Part shown: positions 19,163-28,035 of the stretch, piece by piece
How positions within the stretch are numbered: the first letter of the stretch is position 1
Layout: the number at the start of each line of letters is the position of its first letter
Assembly: GCA_002499705.1 (NCBI GenBank)
Contig: DAMU01000036.1
Coordinates: forward strand, 7,314-71,313
Origin: Euryarchaeota archaeon UBA91
GTDB lineage: Archaea; Thermoplasmatota; Poseidoniia; Poseidoniales; Poseidoniaceae
Direction of reading: 5' to 3'
Length of the DNA stretch: 64,000 bases
Notes under the pieces: generated by a model
Seen by the model: the letters and a program-made list of their open reading frames with translations, nothing else
The model's database searches: none
Told to the model about the DNA's origin: nothing
Program-made: the position numbers and the translations under genes

Positions 19163-20383
19163 GTGAGTGATTTAGATAATTTCGAATTACTTCCTGAACC
19201 CGAAGATTCTCGAATTCTCTCGGCGATTGACCCTTCTGCGGTTGGCTTTCAAGATGGCTGGAGAGCAGAGGTTACTGGTTGGGCACCGTATGAGGCAACC
19301 CCAGTTCCGCGTGTACGCCGAAAGAGGCTGCTTGCCACCAATGGAGTCTTTTTTGCTGTGATTGCCGTCATATTACTGGTAGTATGGAATTCAGGACTTT
19401 TGTTCATCGAACTCTCACCGCCAAAATCCGAATGGGCTTTTGAACAATCGCAATTCGATGAGTTTTCAGAAACTGGACTGAGTGGCGATGGTGTTCGAGT
19501 TTGCATGGTTGACACTGGTATCGATTTGAGTCACCCTGCTTTTTCAGGCATCGAGGTCACATTCAAGGATATGATTGGAAATTCTGATTCTCCTCTCGAT
19601 TATGGATATGTGGCACATGGAACGCTCATGGCAGGCATTTTGGTTTCAGGAGAACACCAGATGGGCATTGCTCCAAACATCACCTTGGCTGTCGTTGCTG
19701 CACTCGGAGCTGATGATGAAAATATGAACAGCGGTTCAGAGGACACTGTGGCGAGTGCAATCTTATGGTGTCAAGATGAATTCCAAGCCGATATCATCTC
19801 ACTATCGCTCGGAGGTGAGCAACAAGTTCAGATGGAGACAGAAGGCTCGAGCGTTTCTGCAGTGCGACGTGCAGTCGATTCAGGGATATTTGTCGTTGCA
19901 GCTGCTGGAAACGACGGTGGGAGTGGAGATGATGGGCTGGTGTCCGTCCCGGGTAATGTACCTCGAGTCATCACCGTTGGTGCATCGACCCAAGAACAAA
20001 CAGTTTGGGTCAATTCTTCATCGGGCTCCCAAACCCTCTCTGACGGCACTCTTCGTCAAAGTCCGCATCTAAAACCCGAGGTCATCGCACCAGGTGAGAA
20101 CATAATCAGCACTGGTTCTGGCGACCGCTGGTATTCCAGCAGCGGTACTTCAGACTCGACAGTATTTGTGACCGGAGCCCTTTCGCTCATTCTTGAGGCA
20201 TACCCGTCCTTCAAGCCAACTTCGGATTCAAATGGCGATTGTATTGATCTTGTCAAGAACTCGTTGAAGGATACTTCACTCCGATATCAACTTACAGTGG
20301 AACATGACAATCGCTGGGGCTATGGTCAACTTCAAGCCTTTGATTGGTTCCAAGACTTGGCAGGACAATCTGCGAATTGCTGA
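19163..20383 (+). CDS. Subtilisin-like serine protease (peptidase S8) with N-terminal signal anchor
   Basis: Catalytic triad contexts CMVDTGIDLSHPAF (Asp), HGTLMAGIL (His) and SGTSDSTVFVTGALSL (Ser). N-terminal TM segment VFFAVIAVILLVVW. Lies 76 bp downstream of aglB. Confidence 0.8.
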   Translation: MSDLDNFELLPEPEDSRILSAIDPSAVGFQDGWRAEVTGWAPYEATPVPRVRRKRLLATNGVFFAVIAVILLVVWNSGLLFIELSPPKSEWAFEQSQFDEFSETGLSGDGVRVCMVDTGIDLSHPAFSGIEVTFKDMIGNSDSPLDYGYVAHGTLMAGILVSGEHQMGIAPNITLAVVAALGADDENMNSGSEDTVASAILWCQDEFQADIISLSLGGEQQVQMETEGSSVSAVRRAVDSGIFVVAAAGNDGGSGDDGLVSVPGNVPRVITVGASTQEQTVWVNSSSGSQTLSDGTLRQSPHLKPEVIAPGENIISTGSGDRWYSSSGTSDSTVFVTGALSLILEAYPSFKPTSDSNGDCIDLVKNSLKDTSLRYQLTVEHDNRWGYGQLQAFDWFQDLAGQSANC

Positions 20384-20399
20384 ACGGCAATTTGTCTTT

Positions 20400-20585
20400 C
20401 ATCCACTATGAACGGCTTACTTCGTTTGATTTTTTGGAAATCATGACTACTGTTATCTTGATATTATTAGTTGAGATTGATACATTAACACTCGTTTTTA
20501 CGATATTCTTGGCCGTTTTTGATATTCTTAAACGGGCAATTGAGGCGCAGTATTATATTCGAGGGAGAGATGGGAGAAAGGAGAG
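20400..20585. promoter_or_regulatory. AT-rich intergenic region with reiterated TTGATATT(A/C)TT motifs, upstream of the 1462-aa giant gene
   Basis: cttgatattattag, tacgatattcttgg and tttgatattcttaa fall within about 90 bp. The 84-aa ORF 20344..20598 called here is low-complexity and probably not coding. Confidence 0.3.
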
Positions 20586-23500
20586 GTGTCTATTTTGAAG
20601 AACACAACATCACACAAAAGCATATCGTTAGTCGCATTATTGTTGCTCTCAGTGTTAACCGGCCTGGTAACTCTACCAACCGCATCCGCTGTCAACGAAA
20701 CGAAGTCTGGAATTATTTCTGGAACTGAAACTTGGACTGGAACAATGAACCTCAACGGCGATGTTACCGTCGCAGAAGGTGCTAAACTCATCGTTAATGC
20801 AGGAACGACCGTAAACATACCTTATGGTTACTACATTGATGTTGAGGGTGCGATTTGTATCGGTGACACGTCATGCGGTTCAAGTTCTGGTTCAGCAAGT
20901 AATCAAGCACGCTTCATCTGGTCAACCCCTTCTGATTATACCCTACAAGGCCGCTGCTATTCGAATAACAGCAACAATCCAAACTACAATGATGATACTG
21001 CATGTGGTTCTGGAATGATTATTCGTTCCACTATTGACCAAGCGATAACTTCGATTAAATACGCTCACTTTGAAAATGCATACGGTATTCCCTTCGACAC
21101 AAATCAGGTGAGCGGTAAGCAATACGGTGTATTGGTTTTTGACGGTTCCTCGACAACCGCAACTGGACTCAGTTTCCAAGACATTAACACATCGAATATC
21201 ATTGCTCTGGACCTTGCATCACCAACCATTGATGATTCGACATTCACGCTTGGTATCGATGGTAATGGATACGATGCTGCAGCCGTTCGTGCCTATGGAG
21301 CTGGTGCTGGAATTCTTGGAACTATGCGTATACAGAACTCTGATTTCACCGGTAACACCGAAGCAGATTGTGGACAACAAGGCGGAGGCCGCAGCCTCAT
21401 TTACATCGAAGAGTCGTATGTAGATCTCTCGAATCTCGAACTCAAGGACAATGCATACGGATTGTTCTTGAAACAGAGTTCTGGCTCGCTTACAAATTCA
21501 ACAATTGATGTCAAGTGCAGTGGAATTGATACAAACTCTCACAAAGTCACTGGAACCATCAACCATACCCTATACCTAAACGACAACGACATCACAACCG
21601 CAGATGGTTCTGGAATCACTGCTTATGATGGTGCAATCGTTGTAGCAAACCGAAACACAATTTCAGGCGCAGCCCAGGGTTCAGGATTTGGTATCCGTTC
21701 GTCTTCTGTCATTGCAAATGACAACGTCATCGGTCCAATCGGTGGCTGGAATGGTTTGTGGATATACGGCACTTCTGATGTGAGTGCTGAAAACAACACC
21801 ATTCAGGATACAGCAAAAGAGGCCGTCCTCATTGGAGAATACCACTTCAACGACCAAGGATGGAATGTTCCTACACCAACTGCGGCTCGTTTGTATTTGG
21901 CAAATAACCTCATTTCCAACAACACTGGAACATGCAACTCACAAATGTATGATGGCGATTTCCCATGTCCAGCTATCCACGTTTTCATGTCATCTGCCAC
22001 AATTTATGATAACACTGTAGTCAATAACGGTGGAGATGGCATGCGTATCAAAGGCAGTATTGTCAATGCACAACGAAACACTATGGAAGTATCTGGCTTT
22101 GCAGCCAACATCAGCATGTTTGACGATAATTACGGAAGTAAATACGGTTCGATTGCATACTTCTCCGGCAACTCTTACTCGAATGCTTCACAAATTTACA
22201 ACATTACAGAATCCCGTGTTACCGTCCAATCTGAATATATCCCAGATGCAGGTGGCAACGAACTCTATCCCGTTCAATTGAGCTGGCTTGGTCCTGAATG
22301 CCCGTATGTATTGGATGAATGTCTCATTGTTCCATCGACTGCCGTCATGCCTCCAGCATTCATGCCTTTGGCACTGGAAGTTATCGACAACTCCACCGTG
22401 TTTTCATATGCGAACTTACAGAACTTTGACTCATCAAAGATTCATGTTCAGAACCAAAACTCAGCATGGGGTAGCCAAGTTCGTGAAGGTGAACTCGTGC
22501 GCTATCAAGTCAAAGCAAAGAACAGCAATGTTGCTGGAGCAACAGTCGTTATCCGTGATGCTACTGGACTACCACTCTACACATTGACAACCGATGCATT
22601 TGGATTCACACCAGAAGTATCTCTTCCATCTGATTTCCTTCTTGACCGTAATTGGAACCACTTAGTAGGTGAAAATAATGTTCAAATTCCTGGCGTGACG
22701 GATGCTCAAGGTAACCCTGTCTTTATCGATGAAGATTCATGTTCTGACGGATATGACAACGATGGTGATACCAAAGTAGATGCAGAAGACAGCGACTGTA
22801 CAAACGGTCGAGAGTTGCCGTTCTACTCCGTTGAAGCATACATGTTCGGCAAAGGTCAGAAAGATTTTGACTTCGTACTAAGCGGTTCGATTGATGATGT
22901 GATTAACCTTGATAATCTCAAACCAAGCGTGACTGTGACTCAAAATGACGGGTTCTCATTTGCCACAACTGTCGAACTTACCGGTTCTTCATGGGACGGT
23001 ATCAGCGGTCCTTACCCTCTGGACTTTGTTGCCTACCAAAACCAATTTGGATTAATCAAGCGTGTTGAAATCCAGCCCCCGGGTTCCACAGATTGGTACT
23101 CTGCTATCGATACATCGGGTGCGGCTGGTATGATCACCAAATCAAATCATCCTTTCAAGACATGGAGTTTTGACTGGGAAATGTCTGCTCATCCTGAAGG
23201 AGAAGGCGATGTTACATTCCGTGTGCGTTCATACGATGGCTTGGATTACTCACCTGTGGAAGTTCGTAAATACAAACTCAACTTGGTGGCTCCTTCGATT
23301 TTAGTTGACACTCCAAATGATGGGACATCTCACGATAATGGAAAAGTGACGTTCACCGGAACTGCCAGTGACCCCTATTCGGGAACTTGGGGGAGCGATA
23401 TCAACTCAATTTGGTTCGATATCAATGGTCCGAATGGATATACTGCTAACTTTGACATTCCCGGCTCAACCGCATGGGCATACGATTGGCAATTCCAAGA

Positions 23501-24974
23501 ATTGCAAACTGGTGAGTATGACTTCCGCATTTGGGCTTCAGACAGTGATTTCTGTAATTCAAAATCTGGATGGATGGATTGTAACTTTGAGACTCGAACC
23601 CTCAACATCAACACCGACAATGCAATTCCATTTGTGCAATTGAGTGAACCACTCAATACGGATATTCTTCGTGCAAGTGAAACTCAACTCATTCAAGGTG
23701 TAGCATTGGATAACGACGGACTTGTTACACGTGTTGAGATCAGCATTGTCGATTTGACGAGTGGTGTTGAAATCAACAACGGTCCGGACCCGGTTACCAA
23801 TTTCGCTCAAAATGGCGCCTGGTACACTACCTGGGATACCTCTGACCTCATCCATGACCAACAATATGAACTGGTCATCAAGGCATGGGACGGAAAGAAT
23901 TACTCGTTAGAAGAACGTATTCGAATCACCATTGACAACCCAAGTGATGCCGACAATCTCATCCCTGAATTCAATTCGACTGGATGGGTTGGAACCATTA
24001 CCCTGTTCTGTGATTCTAATCCGACCAAGCAAGATCGTTGTAACGGTGGAATCAGCATTGATTTGACAGATCACTTTTCTGATCCAGACGGTCCGACTGC
24101 CAGTGCGACCAACGGTCTTGTTTTCGACGTCTATGATGATTTGACGAATCTCGATGACGACGAATATGGAAACTACCTCACTTTCAGTTCTAATGGTGTA
24201 GTCAAGTATGACCCAGCCTATGTTACTGGTCTTTCAAATGACATCGCAGAATGGTCGCTTGTAGGCTTGATGTTTGAAGCACGTGATTCGTATGGTTCAG
24301 TTGCTTACTCCTACAAAGTCAACGTTGTAGTGGTTGAAGTTTCATTCACCGTTGAGCGTCAAGATTCGGGCTCGCTAGGACCGGGTAATCCTGCTGTGTT
24401 CAGTGGACAAGGGTTGCCGAACAGTCTTGTTGAAGCACGTTTCGATTCCCTCAGCGGGGTTCGAATCAATCAGACACGTGTGAATGCTGATGCTACGTGG
24501 GAAATGGAGATTTCAAGTAGCCAACTCTCGGGTATCGAAGGCACTCGAAACATCATCTTTGAGATGGACGATCAAGTCTTTACTCAGCCAGGTGAAAATT
24601 CCGGTGCTTTGTTCAAGGTCAGTCTTGGAGAAGAAGAGTCTTCAGGGCTTAATGTGGGAATGATTGCGCTAATTGCTGTTGGCGTTCTCTTACTCTTGGG
24701 AGCAGGAATGTTCTTCCTCCAAGTCGAATATGAAGAATTTGATGAAGAGTCAGAATTAACCGCTGCTGAAGAAAAAGCATCTGCCGATCCATATGCTTGG
24801 GCGAAAGCTCGCCAAGATTCGGCATCCATTCCTTCAAATCAAGTCGCAACAACTCCTGTAGCAGTTCAACAGGTCGTTACGAGTGCACCACAGGCATCCC
24901 AGCATCCAGGATGGCTATGGGATGCAGAGTCAAATAACTGGGTCCCAGACCCAAATTATGTCCCCGAACAGTGA
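20586..24974 (+). CDS. Giant secreted right-handed beta-helix protein with C-terminal TM anchor and Trp-rich cytoplasmic tail
   Basis: GTG start with GGGAG/GGAGAGG upstream; a TTG at 20595 is the alternative. Signal peptide ...LVALLLLSVLTGLVTLPTASA. Many parallel beta-helix turns (NDNVIGPIGGWNGLWIYGTSDVSAENNTIQD; YDNTVVNNGGDGMRIKGSIV). An aspartate-rich calcium-binding repeat (DEDSCSDGYDNDGDTKVDAEDSDC). TM helix MIALIAVGVLLLLGAGMFFL. Tail ends HPGWLWDAESNNWVPDPNYVPEQ. Confidence 0.7.
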   Translation: MSILKNTTSHKSISLVALLLLSVLTGLVTLPTASAVNETKSGIISGTETWTGTMNLNGDVTVAEGAKLIVNAGTTVNIPYGYYIDVEGAICIGDTSCGSSSGSASNQARFIWSTPSDYTLQGRCYSNNSNNPNYNDDTACGSGMIIRSTIDQAITSIKYAHFENAYGIPFDTNQVSGKQYGVLVFDGSSTTATGLSFQDINTSNIIALDLASPTIDDSTFTLGIDGNGYDAAAVRAYGAGAGILGTMRIQNSDFTGNTEADCGQQGGGRSLIYIEESYVDLSNLELKDNAYGLFLKQSSGSLTNSTIDVKCSGIDTNSHKVTGTINHTLYLNDNDITTADGSGITAYDGAIVVANRNTISGAAQGSGFGIRSSSVIANDNVIGPIGGWNGLWIYGTSDVSAENNTIQDTAKEAVLIGEYHFNDQGWNVPTPTAARLYLANNLISNNTGTCNSQMYDGDFPCPAIHVFMSSATIYDNTVVNNGGDGMRIKGSIVNAQRNTMEVSGFAANISMFDDNYGSKYGSIAYFSGNSYSNASQIYNITESRVTVQSEYIPDAGGNELYPVQLSWLGPECPYVLDECLIVPSTAVMPPAFMPLALEVIDNSTVFSYANLQNFDSSKIHVQNQNSAWGSQVREGELVRYQVKAKNSNVAGATVVIRDATGLPLYTLTTDAFGFTPEVSLPSDFLLDRNWNHLVGENNVQIPGVTDAQGNPVFIDEDSCSDGYDNDGDTKVDAEDSDCTNGRELPFYSVEAYMFGKGQKDFDFVLSGSIDDVINLDNLKPSVTVTQNDGFSFATTVELTGSSWDGISGPYPLDFVAYQNQFGLIKRVEIQPPGSTDWYSAIDTSGAAGMITKSNHPFKTWSFDWEMSAHPEGEGDVTFRVRSYDGLDYSPVEVRKYKLNLVAPSILVDTPNDGTSHDNGKVTFTGTASDPYSGTWGSDINSIWFDINGPNGYTANFDIPGSTAWAYDWQFQELQTGEYDFRIWASDSDFCNSKSGWMDCNFETRTLNINTDNAIPFVQLSEPLNTDILRASETQLIQGVALDNDGLVTRVEISIVDLTSGVEINNGPDPVTNFAQNGAWYTTWDTSDLIHDQQYELVIKAWDGKNYSLEERIRITIDNPSDADNLIPEFNSTGWVGTITLFCDSNPTKQDRCNGGISIDLTDHFSDPDGPTASATNGLVFDVYDDLTNLDDDEYGNYLTFSSNGVVKYDPAYVTGLSNDIAEWSLVGLMFEARDSYGSVAYSYKVNVVVVEVSFTVERQDSGSLGPGNPAVFSGQGLPNSLVEARFDSLSGVRINQTRVNADATWEMEISSSQLSGIEGTRNIIFEMDDQVFTQPGENSGALFKVSLGEEESSGLNVGMIALIAVGVLLLLGAGMFFLQVEYEEFDEESELTAAEEKASADPYAWAKARQDSASIPSNQVATTPVAVQQVVTSAPQASQHPGWLWDAESNNWVPDPNYVPEQ

Positions 24975-25032
24975 AGTCTCAACGCTCACGAAAGGGGAAC
25001 TATTGAAACGGAGGAAAACCGGAGAGAAGATT

Positions 25033-27558
25033 ATGGCTGTACAACCCAAACCAGGAGTGCAGGAAAGAATACTCTTGCACCTGCTTGATTACTCCGATTT
25101 CAAGAGCAGTGTCGAAGTTCCATTTGCACTTTCGCAGATGGGAATTGCAAATGCAGTAGCCATTGCCCGCTCGAACGTACCTCGTGCCATTGCAGGACTC
25201 AAAGACCAAGGACTTCTCATCGAGCGGCAGGCCCACGTTGCTGGTGTTTCGAGGAAGCGAAAGGCGTATTTTCTCACAGATCCAGGCATCAATGTCTCAG
25301 AAGAAACATGGACCAGGTTGCGAGAATTCCAGCTTCGAAGCATTATGGCTGATGGTAACATTATCAATTCAACTCTAGGGGAGATCAATGACCATCTTGA
25401 TTTCTCTATGCGCCCCGTAGATATTATTCGTTACATGGATGACAATTGCGTACTGGATACTCGAACATTGTCTGCTGATTTAGTTGAAAGGGATCTTTCA
25501 AAACATGTTGAAAAACAACTTGTCACTTCGCTTGGAGATTTGCCTCGCCTTCGACATTTCTACGGTCGTGAAAAAGAGTTGGACAACATGGTGAGTCTCG
25601 TTGATGCTCGAGCAACTACTTTGTTGGTCCCAGGTATCGCTGGTATAGGTAAAACCACAATTGCTTCAAAATTGATTGAACGATTTATGCATCGGCGTAA
25701 TTTGCTTTACCATCGCTGTCAAGATTGGGAAAGTTCCCGTTCATTCTTTGAGGCAGTTGCAGATTGGTTGGCAAATATTGGGGATTCGACCTTTTCTGAT
25801 TATTTGGCGGCAACTCCAGTCCCTCAGCCTGCAGATGCAGCACGGTTACTTGTTGACTCTCTGGAAGGAACGCCTACGCTGATTGTCATTGATGATTTTC
25901 ACAAAGTCGCAGACACGACATTGCATCAAACGTTCCAAGCGATGTCCTTAGCTCTCCTAGGCAGTGAGGAAGAAATTGGTCTGGTCATTTTTTCACGCTC
26001 ATTCAAACCCGTAGTGCCAGCAAAGGATGCAGAAGGTAGAATCGCAAGTTTAGTTCTACCACTCGATGGTTTAGATTCGGATGCTGGAAGGCAACTTTTG
26101 AGCAGTTTTGAAAATCTTGGAGACGAACAATGGCTCCACATTCACGGACTTTCAAGAGGTCATCCTCTTGTTTTAGAATTGATTAATCGCGGCGCTTCAG
26201 CAGGTGCTTACCACGAAACATTGGAGAATTATGTCACCGTTGAAATCTTTTCCAAGTTGAGTGGTGAACAAAAGCGAGTTCTTTCTGCCCTCGCAATTTA
26301 CCGTGAGCCAGTTGCTCTGAGTGCATTGGCTGAGCAGGGATTGGATACCGACGAATTGGATTCGCTTGTCGAACAAGGTTTGGCTCGTCAGGGCGATGTT
26401 GATTTTTACGATGTCCACGATTTAATTCGAGAGTTCTTAGTTCGCAGTTTAGATGAGAATACCAAGAAAGAATTCCATGCCAAATGTTGCCTCTGGTATG
26501 AGAAGCAAAATTTCACTGCAAGCATCATCATCGAACGTATTTATCATTTAATCCGCAGTGATAAAGGAGGAGATGCTGCCTTACTTATTGCTGATGAAGG
26601 TCGTGACCTTGTTGCACAAGGACACATGGAACTGTTGAGTTTAATCGAAGGTCTGTCGCTTGATGGACTCGATATTCAGATACAGATTCGAATTTTGCAA
26701 TTACGTGGTGAGATTCTCGTACTACTCGGCCGTTTCTTAGAAGCTGAAGAGATATTTTTGTCAACCCAATCTTTGACGGATTCTTCGAAGGCAACTCGTA
26801 TTGGTGCTGAAGTTCTGTCCGCATTAGCAGATATTGCCCTCAAGCAAGGCGACACGGACAAAGCACTTTCCATGCATCATGATGCTCTTGAAAAATTCAT
26901 TCAGTTTGGAGATGAAAAGGGTGCAGCTCGTTCGTACAACAACATGGGCTATTTACTACGCCGCAAAAATGACTTGTCAAAGGCATTGGATGCCTATGGT
27001 GAGGTTGAAACTATTTTGAAAGGTTCCAACAATGCTGAACTTGTGGGTACTCAACTTACACTTGCCCGTGCATTCATTGAACTGAATGAAATCGATCGTG
27101 CCCGTGACCATGCACTCCAAGCATTTGAGAATACTGATGGCGGTGACGATGTCTTGTTGCATGCTCGCGCTCAAGCGGTTCTCGGCCGTTATTATGCAAA
27201 AGTTGGGGATGCAGATGTCGCATCTCATCACTACTCAACAGCATTAGAGACCATGAGCGAAGCGGGTGACTTGTTGTCACTGGTTGAAATTACGATTCTT
27301 CTGGGAGAAGTCCTTCAAGATTCAGGGCGTGCGGAAGATGCTATGGAACATTACCGAGAGGCATTGGTTATCGCAGAAGCGAATGACCTTCGTATGCAGA
27401 TAGGAGAATTACTTTCACGTCTCGGTGGTGTTGCACCAGATAAGCCCCGTCGAATGGAGTATCTTCAGAGAGCATTATCTGTATTCAGGGAATTGGGCGC
27501 AAAATCCCGTATGAAGGAAGTTCAAGCTCAAGTTCATGCAGCAGTAATGGGCCGTTAA
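25033..27558 (+). CDS. Signal-transduction ATPase: N-terminal winged helix + STAND/NB-ARC-like P-loop NTPase + C-terminal TPR repeats
   Basis: Track ORF 24883 overlaps the upstream gene. The ATG at 25033 (MAVQPKPGVQERILLHLL) has a GGAGAG 6 nt upstream. The wHTH-like segment is ILLHLLDYSDF...GIANAVAIARSNVPRAIAGLKDQGLLIERQ. Walker A LLVPGIAGIGKTTIA (nt about 25634-25660). Walker B LIVIDDFH. TPR-like repeats after about aa 560 (ARSYNNMGYLLRRKNDLSKALDAY; AQAVLGRYYAKVGDADVASHHY; LLGEVLQDSGRAEDAMEHYREAL). Confidence 0.7.
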   Translation: MAVQPKPGVQERILLHLLDYSDFKSSVEVPFALSQMGIANAVAIARSNVPRAIAGLKDQGLLIERQAHVAGVSRKRKAYFLTDPGINVSEETWTRLREFQLRSIMADGNIINSTLGEINDHLDFSMRPVDIIRYMDDNCVLDTRTLSADLVERDLSKHVEKQLVTSLGDLPRLRHFYGREKELDNMVSLVDARATTLLVPGIAGIGKTTIASKLIERFMHRRNLLYHRCQDWESSRSFFEAVADWLANIGDSTFSDYLAATPVPQPADAARLLVDSLEGTPTLIVIDDFHKVADTTLHQTFQAMSLALLGSEEEIGLVIFSRSFKPVVPAKDAEGRIASLVLPLDGLDSDAGRQLLSSFENLGDEQWLHIHGLSRGHPLVLELINRGASAGAYHETLENYVTVEIFSKLSGEQKRVLSALAIYREPVALSALAEQGLDTDELDSLVEQGLARQGDVDFYDVHDLIREFLVRSLDENTKKEFHAKCCLWYEKQNFTASIIIERIYHLIRSDKGGDAALLIADEGRDLVAQGHMELLSLIEGLSLDGLDIQIQIRILQLRGEILVLLGRFLEAEEIFLSTQSLTDSSKATRIGAEVLSALADIALKQGDTDKALSMHHDALEKFIQFGDEKGAARSYNNMGYLLRRKNDLSKALDAYGEVETILKGSNNAELVGTQLTLARAFIELNEIDRARDHALQAFENTDGGDDVLLHARAQAVLGRYYAKVGDADVASHHYSTALETMSEAGDLLSLVEITILLGEVLQDSGRAEDAMEHYREALVIAEANDLRMQIGELLSRLGGVAPDKPRRMEYLQRALSVFRELGAKSRMKEVQAQVHAAVMGR

Positions 27559-28035
27559 TCAGTCATAGGTCTGTGGCCGATCGTATTGCAAGGTCGTCAT
27601 CCCATCAGAATGTACGACCCATACTGAAGTGACGCCTGCAAGAACTACAGTACCTTGATGTCCACCAGCTCCAGTGCCAGAGATTGAAACATTGGTATCG
27701 AGTGTCCCTCCCTCATCAATCAATTCTATTGAGGTGTCTGTTAGGATAATTTTCATCTGCGATTCATCCGCTTCAGTAAGTCTCCAAGTCACTTTTTCAG
27801 CATAATCAATTGCGCCCATACGACTTGCTTCGTCTGCACGTTCGACTGCTGCAGCAAGGTCGTCAAGATTTGATTGAATTGCATTTTCATTCCATCGTTC
27901 ACGGGTTGCAGTCTCAATCTCATAGGCCCACAAACTGAACATGGTAAGGAGTAAGACACCCAAAAGGAACGTGAAAATGTAACCCAACTCTGTTGCAGCA
28001 GCACGTTCATCGTGCATGAATCGCTTTGATTTCAT
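27559..28035 (-). CDS. Small pilin-like protein with class III (type IV prepilin-like) signal peptide
   Basis: N-terminus MKSKRFMHDERAAATELGYIFTFLLGVLLLTMF is a charged DER-A motif followed by a hydrophobic helix. It is the last gene of a three-gene minus-strand operon whose genes overlap by 4 nt (ATGA). Confidence 0.55.
   Translation of the reverse strand: MKSKRFMHDERAAATELGYIFTFLLGVLLLTMFSLWAYEIETATRERWNENAIQSNLDDLAAAVERADEASRMGAIDYAEKVTWRLTEADESQMKIILTDTSIELIDEGGTLDTNVSISGTGAGGHQGTVVLAGVTSVWVVHSDGMTTLQYDRPQTYD

Noticed and set aside
20344-20598. 84-aa ORF in the AT-rich region upstream of the 1462-aa gene.
   Set aside because: Its sequence is driven by AT-rich repeats (ILILLVEIDTLTLVFTIFLAVFDILK). 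It overlaps the end of the S8 gene and the GTG start of the giant gene. More likely a promoter or leader.
24883-25032. Upstream extension of the STAND regulator ORF that overlaps the 1462-aa gene by 92 nt.
   Set aside because: The ATG at 25033 has an RBS-like GGAGAG. The extension is composition-poor (MHHRHPSIQDGYGMQS...).
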